NCBI GenBank assembly: GCA_013265495.1
Contig: MU058337.1
Coordinates: 3,678,176 to 3,713,624, forward strand
Origin: Vicugna vicugna
Taxonomy: Eukaryota
Reading direction: 5' to 3'
Length of the DNA: 35,449 bases
Shown: positions 12,166-23,228 of the stretch, piece by piece
How the letters are laid out: each line of letters opens with the position of its first letter
Position numbering within the stretch: position 1 is the first letter of the stretch
Notes under the pieces: model-generated
Told to the model about the DNA's origin: nothing
The model's input: the letters and a program-made list of their open reading frames with translations, nothing else
Databases searched by the model: none
Translations under genes and position numbers: made by a program

Positions 12166-12299
12166 TCCATAAATTCTCTAGCATTCATGGTTCTATTAAA
12201 AGACCACAGACAGTGAGAAAAAGTAGATGACCGTGTTAAAAGGATTACAAACTGAACAGGTGAAGTTCAAAGAGCTAAAGGTCACATAAGACCACTGAG

Positions 12300-12870
12300 A
12301 TGGGAAAGGGCATTACTACAGGGCACAGAAGCACATCACACGGGGGTCCACCACACTCCCCACGAAGGAAGGACATGGGTGGGACAATGGAGGCAGAAAT
12401 CCTGGCGCACATGCTGAAAGTGCAAATAATTCAGTTTGACTTAAAAATGCACATCAGATTATGTAGAGGACCAGAGGCAGATGAGTCTAGAAGGTCACAG
12501 AGGACACAATTTCAGGCTAAGCTATTGGTTTTTCTTCATTCCACTGACAATAGAGGATTTTTGGAGGTTTTAAAGAAAGAAGTGACACAAAGATAATTGT
12601 GCCTTAAAATGATTCATCTTGGGTCAAGAGAGGAGGTAACCTAAGAATATTTTGCAATCTTCCAGGGGAAATGGATTGAAGATCAAGCCTGGAGGAGAAG
12701 CAGGAGGAAGCGAGGGAAGGAATATATGAACCAGGTGTCAGGCAAGGACCTGACGAACGATGAAATCCAGGCCGAGCAGGACAGGAAGGACTCAGAGCTG
12801 ACTGAGAACCACACTTACAGAATAAGGAGAATTATATTATTATCCAATAACAGAACTGGGGAGATGGGAC
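12300..12870 (-). mobile_element. L2 LINE fragment
   Basis: gacaatagaggatttttggaggttttaaagaaagaagtgacacaaagataattgtgccttaaaatgattcatcttggg...tattttgcaatcttccagg is typical antisense L2. Confidence 0.7.
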
Positions 12871-12929
12871 TGATTCTACGATAACTCTCTGTTACGGTTT
12901 AGAGGATGCAAAAGGAACTGTCCTAAGCA

Positions 12930-13155
12930 GCTCAGACGTTAAGAGCACAGGTTCTGGACGCTGCCTGCCTGTGCTCAAACCCGGGTTGTGGGACGTGCCC
13001 GCAGCGTAACTCCAGGCAGACGGTTCGCCCTGTGTGCGCCTCACCTGCGTCTTCCCTGAGCCCGGGGAAAACGGCAGTAACCGCTGCAGGTTTAGTGCAT
13101 ACCACGTGCTCACATCACAGTAAGCCCTCCAGAAACGCCAGCTTTTACTGTTTCT
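12930..13155 (+). mobile_element. MIR SINE, unusually GC/CpG-rich copy
   Basis: gttaagagcacaggttctgga...ctgcctgtgctcaaacccgg...gcgcctcacctgcgtcttc...cacagtaagccctccagaaacgccagcttttact is colinear with MIR. Confidence 0.85.
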
Positions 13156-13914
13156 ATTGCTTATCAGTTGGCCAAAGTGCCTTTTCCTTTAACATAGCCT
13201 ATCTCAGCTCTAACTTACCTCTCCTTGACCAAACCTACACCATGTATCCTCTGTAAAAATGGAATATGGTTGCTCACACTGCTCTCTAATACAGTCCTGC
13301 ATGTAAATGAACTTACTCTGTCTCCTCACAGTTATAGTTCTACTTTTTAATGAACTGTGTGACTTTCTCCCACTTACACAAAACTAATCGAATAGAATGC
13401 ATTTCCCCAAAACTATCCATATAACTACTAATGCTTATTGCTCAAAAATATTGTCTCAAAGCTTTGTAATGTACTGTGTTATTTCACCTGAATAAATAAT
13501 GCCTTTGCTGGAAAAGCAATTCCTGTAAAAATCATGTTTAGTAAAAGTCTATTAAAATAGAAAGATTTTTCTAGAAAATAAGAATTAAAAGTGGCATAGA
13601 TCACTTACACATACACACTGATGGCACTAGAGAGTGAGAAAAATTACTCATGTTCTATACTCCTATAAAGCTCTGTGTTTGTCTCACGTGTAATTTGTGC
13701 GGTGGCTGCACTGGTTTCTACGCACACAGAGATTCCTCTTCATAATCAATGTGGTGTCACATCTCAAAATCACAGAACTAATCCAGCTCTTTTATTGTAT
13801 TTTTTTCAATAAAATCTGGGCTCTTCATCACTCTTGATCCCCACACAGAATTTCTACTGATGTTGCTAAGAGACGTGCACATGAATCAAGCCTACTAAAT
13901 GACACGTAATAACT

Positions 13915-14232
13915 AGGAGGCTGAATTGCTCCAGGGATTATTAATGGGCCCCTGACCTACAGGTCAACAATTTGAATCCAGACTCAGTTAATAATAGCTA
14001 AAAATTGCTACAATCTGATGTCCAATTGACAGCCAATGAAAGGAGACCTACAGTCCCTGTGGAATTCCAAGTTAACAGGTGCCCTAACACAGAATCCCCC
14101 AAACAATGGCCAAGTTCAAAGGGCGAAGATTAAATCAGTGTGGAAAGCGAGCTGCTTCTGACCAGCAGAGGAAGTCCCTGCACTCCTTCCGAGTGCGCTG
14201 ACTGTAAAACACATCCTTCCTCTTTCACACAA
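13915..14232 (+). mobile_element. LF-SINE (LFSINE_Vert) relic, near full length with internal deletions
   Basis: Colinear blocks against the recalled LF-SINE consensus: aggaggctgaattgctccagggattattaatggg (AGGGGACTGGATGGCTCAGGGGATTGGTAATGGG); acctacaggtcaacaatttgaatccag (ACCTCTAGGTCACTGGTTCAAATCCAG); ttgctacaatctgatg (TCGTTACCATCTGATG); ttccaagttaacaggtgccc (TTCCTAGTGGACAGGTGTCC); cagtgtggaaagc (CAGTGTGGGGAAGC); ctttcac at the tail. Confidence 0.85.
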
Positions 14233-15623
14233 ACGGGAGACCTCTTCCTTCTGTGACGGTGAACACAGAACAGCAGAACAACATAGCAACTTAGAAAATT
14301 AAATTGTGTATATGCTGAAAATGTTTGTTTGCCTCTGGGTTTATAATAAATTTCATTTTAAATGTGATTCTTATAATAGAAAGAATGCAGTGTTTTCAGA
14401 ACTGACGTGATGTGCAAAAATAAAAGCTTTTTCTTTACATGAGCACAAACACACACACAACAGTGAGAGGATGAAAAGAAAATAAATGCTAGCTCTGTTC
14501 TTTACTGGGGACATTCACTGTTACTATATTTTCCTACTGATGTTGTCATAAAGGTTTCCTTCACAGGTGAGTCTCACTTTGTATCTCTTAAGAAATATCC
14601 AAGAAGTGCTGCAGTCTAGTGTTTCACTCATAAGTAATAATTATTGAATATTTATAACATTATATATGGAATGAATACTTTTAGTCATTTATTGAAAACT
14701 CCACATATCCATGTGTTGATAGGGTATCAGCAGACCAGATTTCTGACAATAACAAAGGAAAATAAGTCTTCATCACTCCTCTTTGAAAATAAGGGCATTT
14801 TATAGGGTGTTTGTAAATTCCTAATGCAAAGTTAACTTCTAATAAATGTGGATGCATTCAAAATAAGAAGAAAACTGCAAAAATAGGTTATTGTCCTTCA
14901 AGATAACATGATTTGGAAGAAATTTAAGCCATGATTTTATATATATACATACATCTACAACAGGAGAGTAGTTTCAAACTGTTACAATATAAAATGACAT
15001 AACATTATGTATCCAAAAAAATCTAGAAACATTTGCCTTTTAACTTCTGTCTGGTGCATATCTAAAATCATTTCACAATACAGACTTTTTTTTAACAACT
15101 TTATACCACTTTCTAATCACGCCTAGGGCCCTAAACTTATAAGCAAGCTATTTTCACATGGCCTCTACCCTTTTCTCGTAACACCTGTTTTTTTTTTTTT
15201 AAAGAACTCAAATGGTAAATTTTCCATTTTTAAAATCATCCACAATTATATCTACTATCAAAATAAAACTGCATCTTCTATCTAAAATTATTCAAGTAAT
15301 ATGAAAAGGCCCTTAGGATTCCAAGTGCATGATGACTTAAGGAAACATTTTCTGTATCATAGTTGTGAAAGAAACAAAAAAAAAATCATATATTTGAAAA
15401 TTTAAGCTCAGTAATATTTCTGACTCTACCTCATTTAGATTACTTCTCAACTCCTATTAGAACTGACCCACTTTACTTTTTTACAGTGTTCTAAATCATC
15501 TTTGCTTTGCTGACATAAAGATTCTGCTTTCTGTGCCTGTTAATAAGATGATTTATTTATAGAAAGACCAGGAAGATAAGCCCACAGATGCTATGCCCCC
15601 CCGCGCTTTATAAGTGGTTTGCA

Positions 15624-15647
15624 AAAGGTCAGATGCCATTGACCTTT
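15624..15647. promoter_or_regulatory. Inverted pair of perfect NBRE octamers (AAAGGTCA-n8-TGACCTTT), candidate nuclear-receptor element
   Basis: Read directly from the sequence in apparently non-repetitive DNA. Function is inferred only. Confidence 0.45.
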
Positions 15648-17164
15648 CAGATGGCAAGGGTAGTTGATCTCACAAAGAGACCACTTTTCTATCCTTGATT
15701 GAATTTGAGATTGCTTTCCTCAACTAAAACAATGTGAATGGGTGGCTATTAATATGTTCAATAAATAACCTATTTTTAACATCCAGAAATTTAAAAACTC
15801 TCTAACCCTAATATTAGCATTTCTCCTGACAGTACATATTATTTTACTCAGGAGAAGAGTCAGTTGTAAATGCAAATAAATCTTCATTTTTATTTTATAA
15901 GCACATAAATTCATTCATAGTATCTGATGCTTAAGTACTTTCAGACTTTTTTAATTCATTTCTCTTTTTATTTGCTTGTTCTTTTAACCTCTATTTTGCC
16001 TCATTTTAAAAAAACTTTTAAGGTAAATGACAGAAACATATGCAATATAATAAAGACAACCAGCACAAACCCAAAAGACAGATAAAAATGACAAATAGTA
16101 AAATTAAGCAACAGAGACTGCAAATTTACATGTACATCAGTTATTAAAGGCCAAGTGTACATAGAATGATATATACACACATGCCTGTGTGCACGTGTGC
16201 ATACGCACACAAACACAGAGAGACACACACACCACTATTCAGGAGATTCAAGGCCTTCCCAGCTCTCAGCTCTGGGACCCACTAATTCTCTGGGCTCTTT
16301 TAGTGGGACATTAAATAATGAAATTGGTGACATTCTCAACAATATCCCAACGGTAAAGCTATTAACACCAGCAGAAGGTGATTCTTTACTACGACCTTGA
16401 AAGCAAAATGAAGGATATACACTGAGCTCAGTTTGCTTAACATAACTCTGCAGGGCACAGGAACAATTAAGTCCCAGATGCAATGTATGGATGACCAGCT
16501 GGATAAAAGTTTAAAGTTCACACTGATGATTCTTCAATTTCCCTGCGCTAATGTCCTGAGCAGTGGTAAAAACACATATTTTGGGGCACCACTTGCAGAA
16601 ATTCTAAATAGGAGGGAAAATGGGGATTAACCCCTCCTGTTTAACAAGCACCAATCAAGACTCTGGGGCAGGCATTTTAAGGGCCATTTCTGAAGAAAAA
16701 CTAAGTAGACAAATGGATGTGATGTTTGCCAAGTTGCCATCCAGTCTTCCAGAATACTGTTTCCAACAATTTATGTTTTCAAAAAAAAAAATGGAGAGGA
16801 GAGTTTTTAAGCTATAGTCTGGGAAACAGGGACTTTATAGATTTATGAAGGTTAGATAGTACATTAAAACATTCATAAGGTTTCTGTAATAGGAGACTAA
16901 TAATCCAAATTGGGGAATGTGATGGCCCCACTTTACTGACTCCTCTCAACCATATCTGGAATATGAGGCTCACGTGTTGGGTAACACATTTATACAGAAT
17001 AGTGATCATTTATTCAAGAGACTCTACCGATGTTTTCTGTCCAACACAGTATCACTATGTCCTGTGGTGCTTATTTCTGGAGTGGAAAGCACGTCCATGG
17101 TGACAAGCAAGATGTAGTGAGTGTGGACCGTGCCACTTGAGGTCCACGTAAAAGACTGCAGCTT

Positions 17165-17403
17165 TTTCATAAGAACCTTGAACCTGGAGCCAGACTCACT
17201 GAACTCAGATCATGGTTCTGCTCTTTACTAGTTATGTGGACAATGTAAGTAACCTATTGGGACCTCAGTTTCTCCATTGCTAAAACAGGCAAATATTAGT
17301 ACCCACCCCATAAGCTTCTTAAAGGGAAAACCTATTTTATATAAGTATCATACAGCATATTCACTTGTCATATAGTAAACACTCAGTAAAATGTATATAT
17401 TAT
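17165..17403 (+). mobile_element. MIR SINE
   Basis: taagaaccttgaacctggagccagactc...ttactagttatgtg...cctcagtttctccattgctaaaacagg...catatagtaaacactcagtaaaatg. Confidence 0.88.
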
Positions 17404-17659
17404 CTGTTAAAAGCTTGATAAAAAAATCATCACCAGTCCATCATCTTAGTAAGTCTGACAAGGTAAAATTTTCACAGTTCAATTTAGGAACTATCCTGAA
17501 CAGTTTAGCGTGAATCTGACTTCTCATTTTAAAATAAGACTTGAAGAATATTGTTGACCAACTCTATACCACTTGGCTGCTTCCCAGTTTGAGATATTTT
17601 AACAGGTGTCCATTTATTCTCACTTTGCTTCTTATCTTACATTTTTACTATTCAAGGAG

Positions 17660-18120
17660 TCATAGCAACAATGAATAAGTCAGAGTTCCTGCCATTAATT
17701 AGCTTTAGTTTACAATTTTGAAGATTAAATTGACAAGTAAATGCAAAATTATTTAGCAGTGCGAGTTTTGCTACAGTAGGTGTAAGAACAGGGGATTAAA
17801 GGAGCATATGAGGTCTTAAAAAGAAAGCCAGTCACAGGGTAGAGACTGCACTAATGGGCACCATAGAAAGCTCCTTGAGGAAATGATCCTCATGTGAAAA
17901 CTGGGGGGTGATCAGAAGCGAGCTTGTTGGCTTGTGGGACAAGGCATCCTAAGCAAAGACACAGAGTGAGGAAGAGCATTTGAGTGTGACAAGCAGGCTG
18001 TGTAACATGAGGGGCTACAGAAAGACCACGATGAAGATTTAGACAGGAGCTTGGGTCAGGAAGAGTCTTGCAAGTCCTGCAATTAAGTGTATAGTTTAAA
18101 AAATTAGGTCATGGGATTGC
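17660..18120 (-). mobile_element. L2 LINE 3' fragment
   Basis: atgaataagtcagagttcctgccatt...gaaagctccttgaggaaatgatcctcatgtgaaaactgg...ggcatcctaagcaaag. Confidence 0.7.
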
Positions 18121-18339
18121 AGCCTGGGAAAAGTCTTATAATCTACAAAATCTACAATATATTCGATTTAGTAGCCACGTGAAGACACATTTAATTTTTC
18201 ATTCTGAATTTAGAACATAAGCTGTATTTGAGGCTAAGTAGGCTGCAGTCAATCTAAGGGATGAGGGTTACTCACCATCATCTAATATGACATGGAAAAT
18301 GTTAAAATATCATAATGATAAAACATACCTAACATTCTT

Positions 18340-18772
18340 TCGTGGGTTTGAATCATGTCCTCCAAAAAGATACTAAGTCCTAACCCCCAGTGCCTGTGAA
18401 GGTGACTTTACTTGGAAATAGTTATTTTCCATAAGTAATTAGGATAAGGTCAGACTGGATTAGAGTGGACCCCGAAATTCAATGACTGGGGTCTTTCTAA
18501 AAGAGCCATGGAGAAATGCAGAGGCACAGACACACAGGGGAGTGGTGGCTACCATGTGATGGAGGCAGAGAGCAGACGACCGTGCCCACAAGCTGAGGAA
18601 TGCCAAGGCAACCTCCTGAGGCTAGGAAAAGGCAAGAAACCCTCCCTCAGAGAATGCTGGCCCTGCAGTCACCTCCATCTCAGACTCCTAGCCTCCAGAC
18701 TGTGAGAGAATTAATTTCTGCTCTTTCAAGCCATCAAGTTTGCAGGAGTTTGTGACCCCAGGCAATGAATAT
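18340..18772 (+). mobile_element. MLT1 (MLT1B/C-like) MaLR solo LTR
   Basis: tgggtttgaatcatgtcctccaaaaagat...aagtcctaacccccagtgcctgtgaaggtgactttacttggaaatag...agactcctagcctccagactgtgagagaattaatttctgctctttcaagcca. Confidence 0.92.
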
Positions 18773-18871
18773 ACATACAAATATGATCTCTCCCTCTTTT
18801 TAAATATATAAAATATATATAAAAATGACAATGTATCAATACACATACTCATAAACTTGTATAATTGATAT

Positions 18872-19315
18872 CTGTCTTCATCTGGGTTCCCTCCCAAAGC
18901 TGATGCTGGAAGAGATTTTGTTTTACAAGTAGGTTATTTGAGAGATGATCTTCAGAAGCATGGTGAAGGAACCGGAAGTAAAACAGAGAATGCACGAATG
19001 TAAAAAGGGCTGAGGTCAAAGAATAGGTTATTGCTGGGGGCACTGGCCATGCTTTGAGAGACTGTCTGAAACATCTCTATATTGAATCACATAGAAAATT
19101 GGCTATTCATCCACCCATTCCTGCCCCATCCACGTTGGTTGATGGTTGATACTGGAGGCAGTAACTCGTTGGCAGTTTAGCTAGACTGATACCCTTAGGC
19201 AGAGAGGCTGCCTGCTTGGAGAAGGAAGCCAGGACACTTAAGGGAGCTGCGTAACAAGGCTGCAAGTGGCCTCCAGATGGAGCTGTAAGGATGTGGCAGG
19301 GCATTAAGAACAATT
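18872..19315 (-). mobile_element. LTR16-family ERVL solo LTR
   Basis: tgtcttcatctgggttccctcccaaagctgatgctgg...caagtaggttatttgagagatgatcttcagaagca...ggttattgctgggggcactgg resembles antisense LTR16. Confidence 0.75.
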
Positions 19316-19785
19316 ACACTGTCCATTTTTAAAAAGCGTTATTTATTATTACTGGCAGCCAAGGTAAAGGTCTCTGGTAAAGTTAACCTTGCCCATTGTT
19401 GGTAAGAATAAACTGTACTGAAAAGTGCAAATTCAGTGACTAATTTTCAAATATTTTATGGAACTGTTAACTCTCAAGATCATTCCACGTTGGAGAGTAT
19501 TTATAGATCTTTACAATTAAAACTATTTTATTTAGGAGAAATGTGTTATTAAATAATCATGTGAAGATGCTAAGTGTTACATGTTATGGTACACCATATA
19601 TGTTTAAGTACACGGGACACAGGACAAAGTCAAGTTCATTATTCCATAAGAAAATTTCACCCTTCCTTAGTACTTAAATGATAACCACATATGCATGGAA
19701 ATGGCCATTCCTTTCCTTCTGTGAGACCTTTTAATGAAGAGGTTTGTGTTCATCTCGTTAGGAGTTGGGCTGTTTGTGACTTATT

Positions 19786-19799
19786 GTTGCTATGGTTAC
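19786..19799. promoter_or_regulatory. RFX X-box motif GTTGCTATGGTTAC
   Basis: Reverse complement GTAACC-AT-AGCAAC fits the X-box consensus GTNRCC-N0-3-RGYAAC exactly. Confidence 0.5.
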
Positions 19800-21524
19800 T
19801 GCCAGTGCAGCAAAGCTTTCAAATTGCAGGAGACATGGCTGTGTCTAGGATGGAAAATGGTTTGATGGAACACCATCTTTTTGATTCTGAGTTTTAATGC
19901 CTCCTTTTGTGCTGTGCCACAGAGTGGGTCATCTTCAAGCACGTATTTTGCGGGAGAGGAGCAGAACTAAGTCCTCAGCCCACAAAACCAGCCTGCAGAG
20001 GAGCAGGAAAATCCAGGAGACCACGTCCCCAAGGTCAGGGACAATGTGCAAGCCTAAAGCAGAGCCTTAATGGGAACAGAGACTGGGCCCTCTTACACCC
20101 GTCCACAAGCTAAGAAGTTTCTAAGAACAAGTGATTGCAGGATACCGCTGCAATAGCAAGGTTATATGTTGTTCTTGCTTAGAATCCAAAAGTTCACAGG
20201 AAAAGCTACATTTTAAAGTTGAATAATATATTATTACCAAGTGACTACCATTTGCTGATTCCATGAAAATCTTGTCAATTTCCAATTATGAAATTTAATA
20301 TCAATTTGTTTGATTTTAATAGATTTACCTGCTCTTATTGAAAAAAGGTCAGAATCAATATTTGATGTAGTTCTATAGGCTTTTCAAAAATTCCCAAGCC
20401 AAGTTTTTTATTATTATTATTTCAAAATAAATGTAACAAATTCTAGATTTTGAAAACTAACTTCACTGGTTAGTAACAGACTTTAATTAGAATTAGTTAT
20501 GGTATGTGTATACATATATTTTATTCAATTACAATTTAGCATGAAGTAGTAGGTGTGATGACAAAATACAAACTCTTCTTTAATTTTTAAAGATCTTTTA
20601 CTGAATGGCATCTATGTAAACTACTAAGCTTGAACATGAGAGATGTCATAAGGCCCCAGTATTTGATGAGTTATGTTTTCAAACACAAAAATTTCAATTA
20701 TTATTCTGGGATAAGCTTCTTCCATCATTAGTCAGATTTTTTTTAAATATGATTTTTGTTTATTTGCAGAAATACAAGTTTTCCTACTTATTTTATCTAA
20801 CTGTTGTTGTGCCAAAGTAGTAATTGAAAAAAAAAGTTAAAGTTCAAATAGCAATATTGACAGATACTATTGTGTGTACATTAAATATTAATTTGCTCTT
20901 AGAAAAATAAAAGTAGACACAAATCAAGGAAAAGGTTATGATTTCTCCTCAACTGAGAAATAAAAATTATCCTAGGAAACTTAGCTTTACTCTAAATCAG
21001 GGACCAGAATGAAGTGTAGGGCCCATAACTCTGATCCACAATGCTCATTGTAGTTTTATTTGGGAAACGGATCAAGAAGAGATAACCACTGTCCACTTTT
21101 TATTTGCAATTGTTTGTGACTTTATATAAGAAGACAGTGAAGAACCACCTGCTCTGGCATCATGGACTCTTACGTTTGGCCACTATACTGGAGAATAAAG
21201 TTCAGATTCCGTCCGACTGGCTCCCTTTGCAGGAGGTCACCCGCTGCTAGTCCCACAAGTGACTTTTATGCTAAGCTTTCAGTGATCAACAAACAAAGCA
21301 CAAAAACTTCTATTATTTTTAACGTTAGAAAGCTCTCCTAGTAGACATCTATGAAGACAACTGGTATAATGCAGTTCAGATTTCTAGACATTACACATAC
21401 ATAGTTGTCATTACGCTAAAGGTCTTTGAGAAGTTATCAGGTAGGAAATAACTTATTTAATCTCACGGTCTATTTTTTAATTCACTTAAGCAGTACAGTT
21501 TCAAAATATACTAAGGAATTAATT

Positions 21525-21975
21525 ACTTTGAAAGGTATTATCAAAGGCCCTACAACATGCCGTGCCTCTACGATGTGTGCTACAGTAAATACAAACATAC
21601 AGTGAAGTGTGCTGCTCTTTCATAAGCTTAATGGGGAAAATAAACAGGACAAGAACCTAGGGTAGTAACGTACACACCAGAATTCTGCACAGTAAAAGAG
21701 GTGCACATTGCATGACGGTTCCCCAAAGGAAGCAGTCACTTCCACTTAGGGGATCAGAGAATGTACCATGACTGAGATAGTGTTTGAATTGTGCTTTAAC
21801 AACGTTGTTGAATTTTAACAAGTAAAATTAGTAAGAAGTATTTACAGAAAGAAACAAGATGAGCAAAGCCAATTAGGGAAAAAAACAGACAAAAATGTGG
21901 GTTCAGAGAGTAGTTGAGTTCGGTTGGAACATACAAAAATTTGGAATGAATTAGTGGAAAATGAAGGTGGTTGAG
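21525..21975 (-). mobile_element. L2 LINE 3' fragment
   Basis: Degenerate antisense L2 tail and body (ggggatcagagaatgtaccatgactgagatagtgtttgaattgtgcttt; gatgagcaaagcc). Confidence 0.65.
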
Positions 21976-21999
21976 AACAGAGATGCTTCAGAACAGTGC

Positions 22000-22502
22000 C
22001 ACTACCACCACCCGAATTGGGCCATTAACAGTTTTTAGTTTGTAGTTTTGCAAGAATGCCTAAATTTCCCCCTTTCCAGTGTTATTTCTTTACACTCTGT
22101 CCACATTTTCACCAAAAGGGTCATTCTAAACTACAAACACAACCATGTCTTCAGTTACTTATTCTCTGATTTACACTCCTCATGAATAAAGCTACTGCTA
22201 CAGTACAGTTTGCAAGACCCTTTGGAACCTGATAACCTAAACCTGCCTAGCTTCATGTTTATTGCTGCCCAACCAAAAGCCACCCTGACAGTCTTCTCCC
22301 CAAGTGACGTCTCTCCAAGCCGCTTTCTCTAAAACAGCAATCGGCATACTTTATAATAATCTTGGATCTGGCTGTCAATCACCCTGGATTATATGCTTCA
22401 CAAGGGTTGAGATATCTCTCATCATTCTTTTATTCCTAATATTTTGTGCTGTGACTGGCACATATTAGGCACATATGTGGTCAACAGGAAATAGTTAATG
22501 AA
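22000..22502 (+). mobile_element. L2 LINE 3' end
   Basis: tccacattttcaccaaaagggtcattctaaactacaaac...tgtgactggcacatattaggcac...gttaatgaa. Confidence 0.75.
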
Positions 22503-22544
22503 ATCCTTTCACTTCTGTTATGCTAAGTTGTGTATTTCCCAATT

Positions 22545-22610
22545 TCAGCTCATCTCAATTCACATTAGCCACATTTCACGTGTTCACCACAGTTGCATGC
22601 TGTTGGTCTA
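22545..22610. mobile_element. MER3/MER33-like hAT fragment
   Basis: attagccacatttcacgtgttca matches the MER3-type core. Confidence 0.5.
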
Positions 22611-23228
22611 GAAAAAGAACAAGCAATGAGGTGTTCTCTCTGTATCTGTAGCACTGTGCTGGAAATTTACTAGAGAAGGGAAATTTTCAGATTTTAAAAC
22701 AATCAGTTGGCCCCAAATCCTCAACGACTATGTGTAATTTTTAATGAGTATCTATAAAATGTATTCTGTGGCTTACTGTATACAGCCAACATTGCTTAGT
22801 CCCTCAGAACATGACCATTTTCTGAAGTATTACTAGTTCAACGATCTTGGCTCAGACAAGATGGTGGATGACATGCAGACAGAGACCATTCAGTATTTAA
22901 TTTCTTACCAGTAACTCCCAAAGCTTTCCTGCATGCTCATTGGATATTTTTAAAAGGGAATCAATTTCAAAAGCACTTCTTTCTATCTCAGGAATTCCTT
23001 CCTCAACCAGCATTTCCCAGTACATAGTAGTTAGTTTAAGAATAATCTTGTAAGAAAGCTTTAAAAAGGAATTTAGAGTAGTTGAAGGTTTGCAATGATG
23101 GAAGACATTTTCAGAATTTGGAAGTCATTCTGGGTAATACATGATTTGACTTGAGCTTTATCCTGTCGTATGGCCTGTCAAACATACATTGTATAACTGC
23201 TTTAATCATTAAAAAAAGAAAGAACGCA

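Noticed and set aside
12300..13256. ORFs at 12300, 12892 and 13032, and a CpG-island promoter interpretation
   Set aside because: L2/MIR-derived. GC gain removes stop codons, and the CpG patch is only about 200 bp with no adjacent first-exon evidence.
13915..13990. tRNA-like A/B boxes as a tRNA gene
   Set aside because: This is the degenerate tRNA-derived head of the LF-SINE; no cloverleaf is evident
16197..16630. Cluster of overlapping ORFs on both strands with splice-like ends (minus acceptor ttttgctttcaag near 16397; plus segment 16243-16352)
   Set aside because: No recognisable peptide, no convincing matching donor on the minus strand, poor pyrimidine tract on the plus strand
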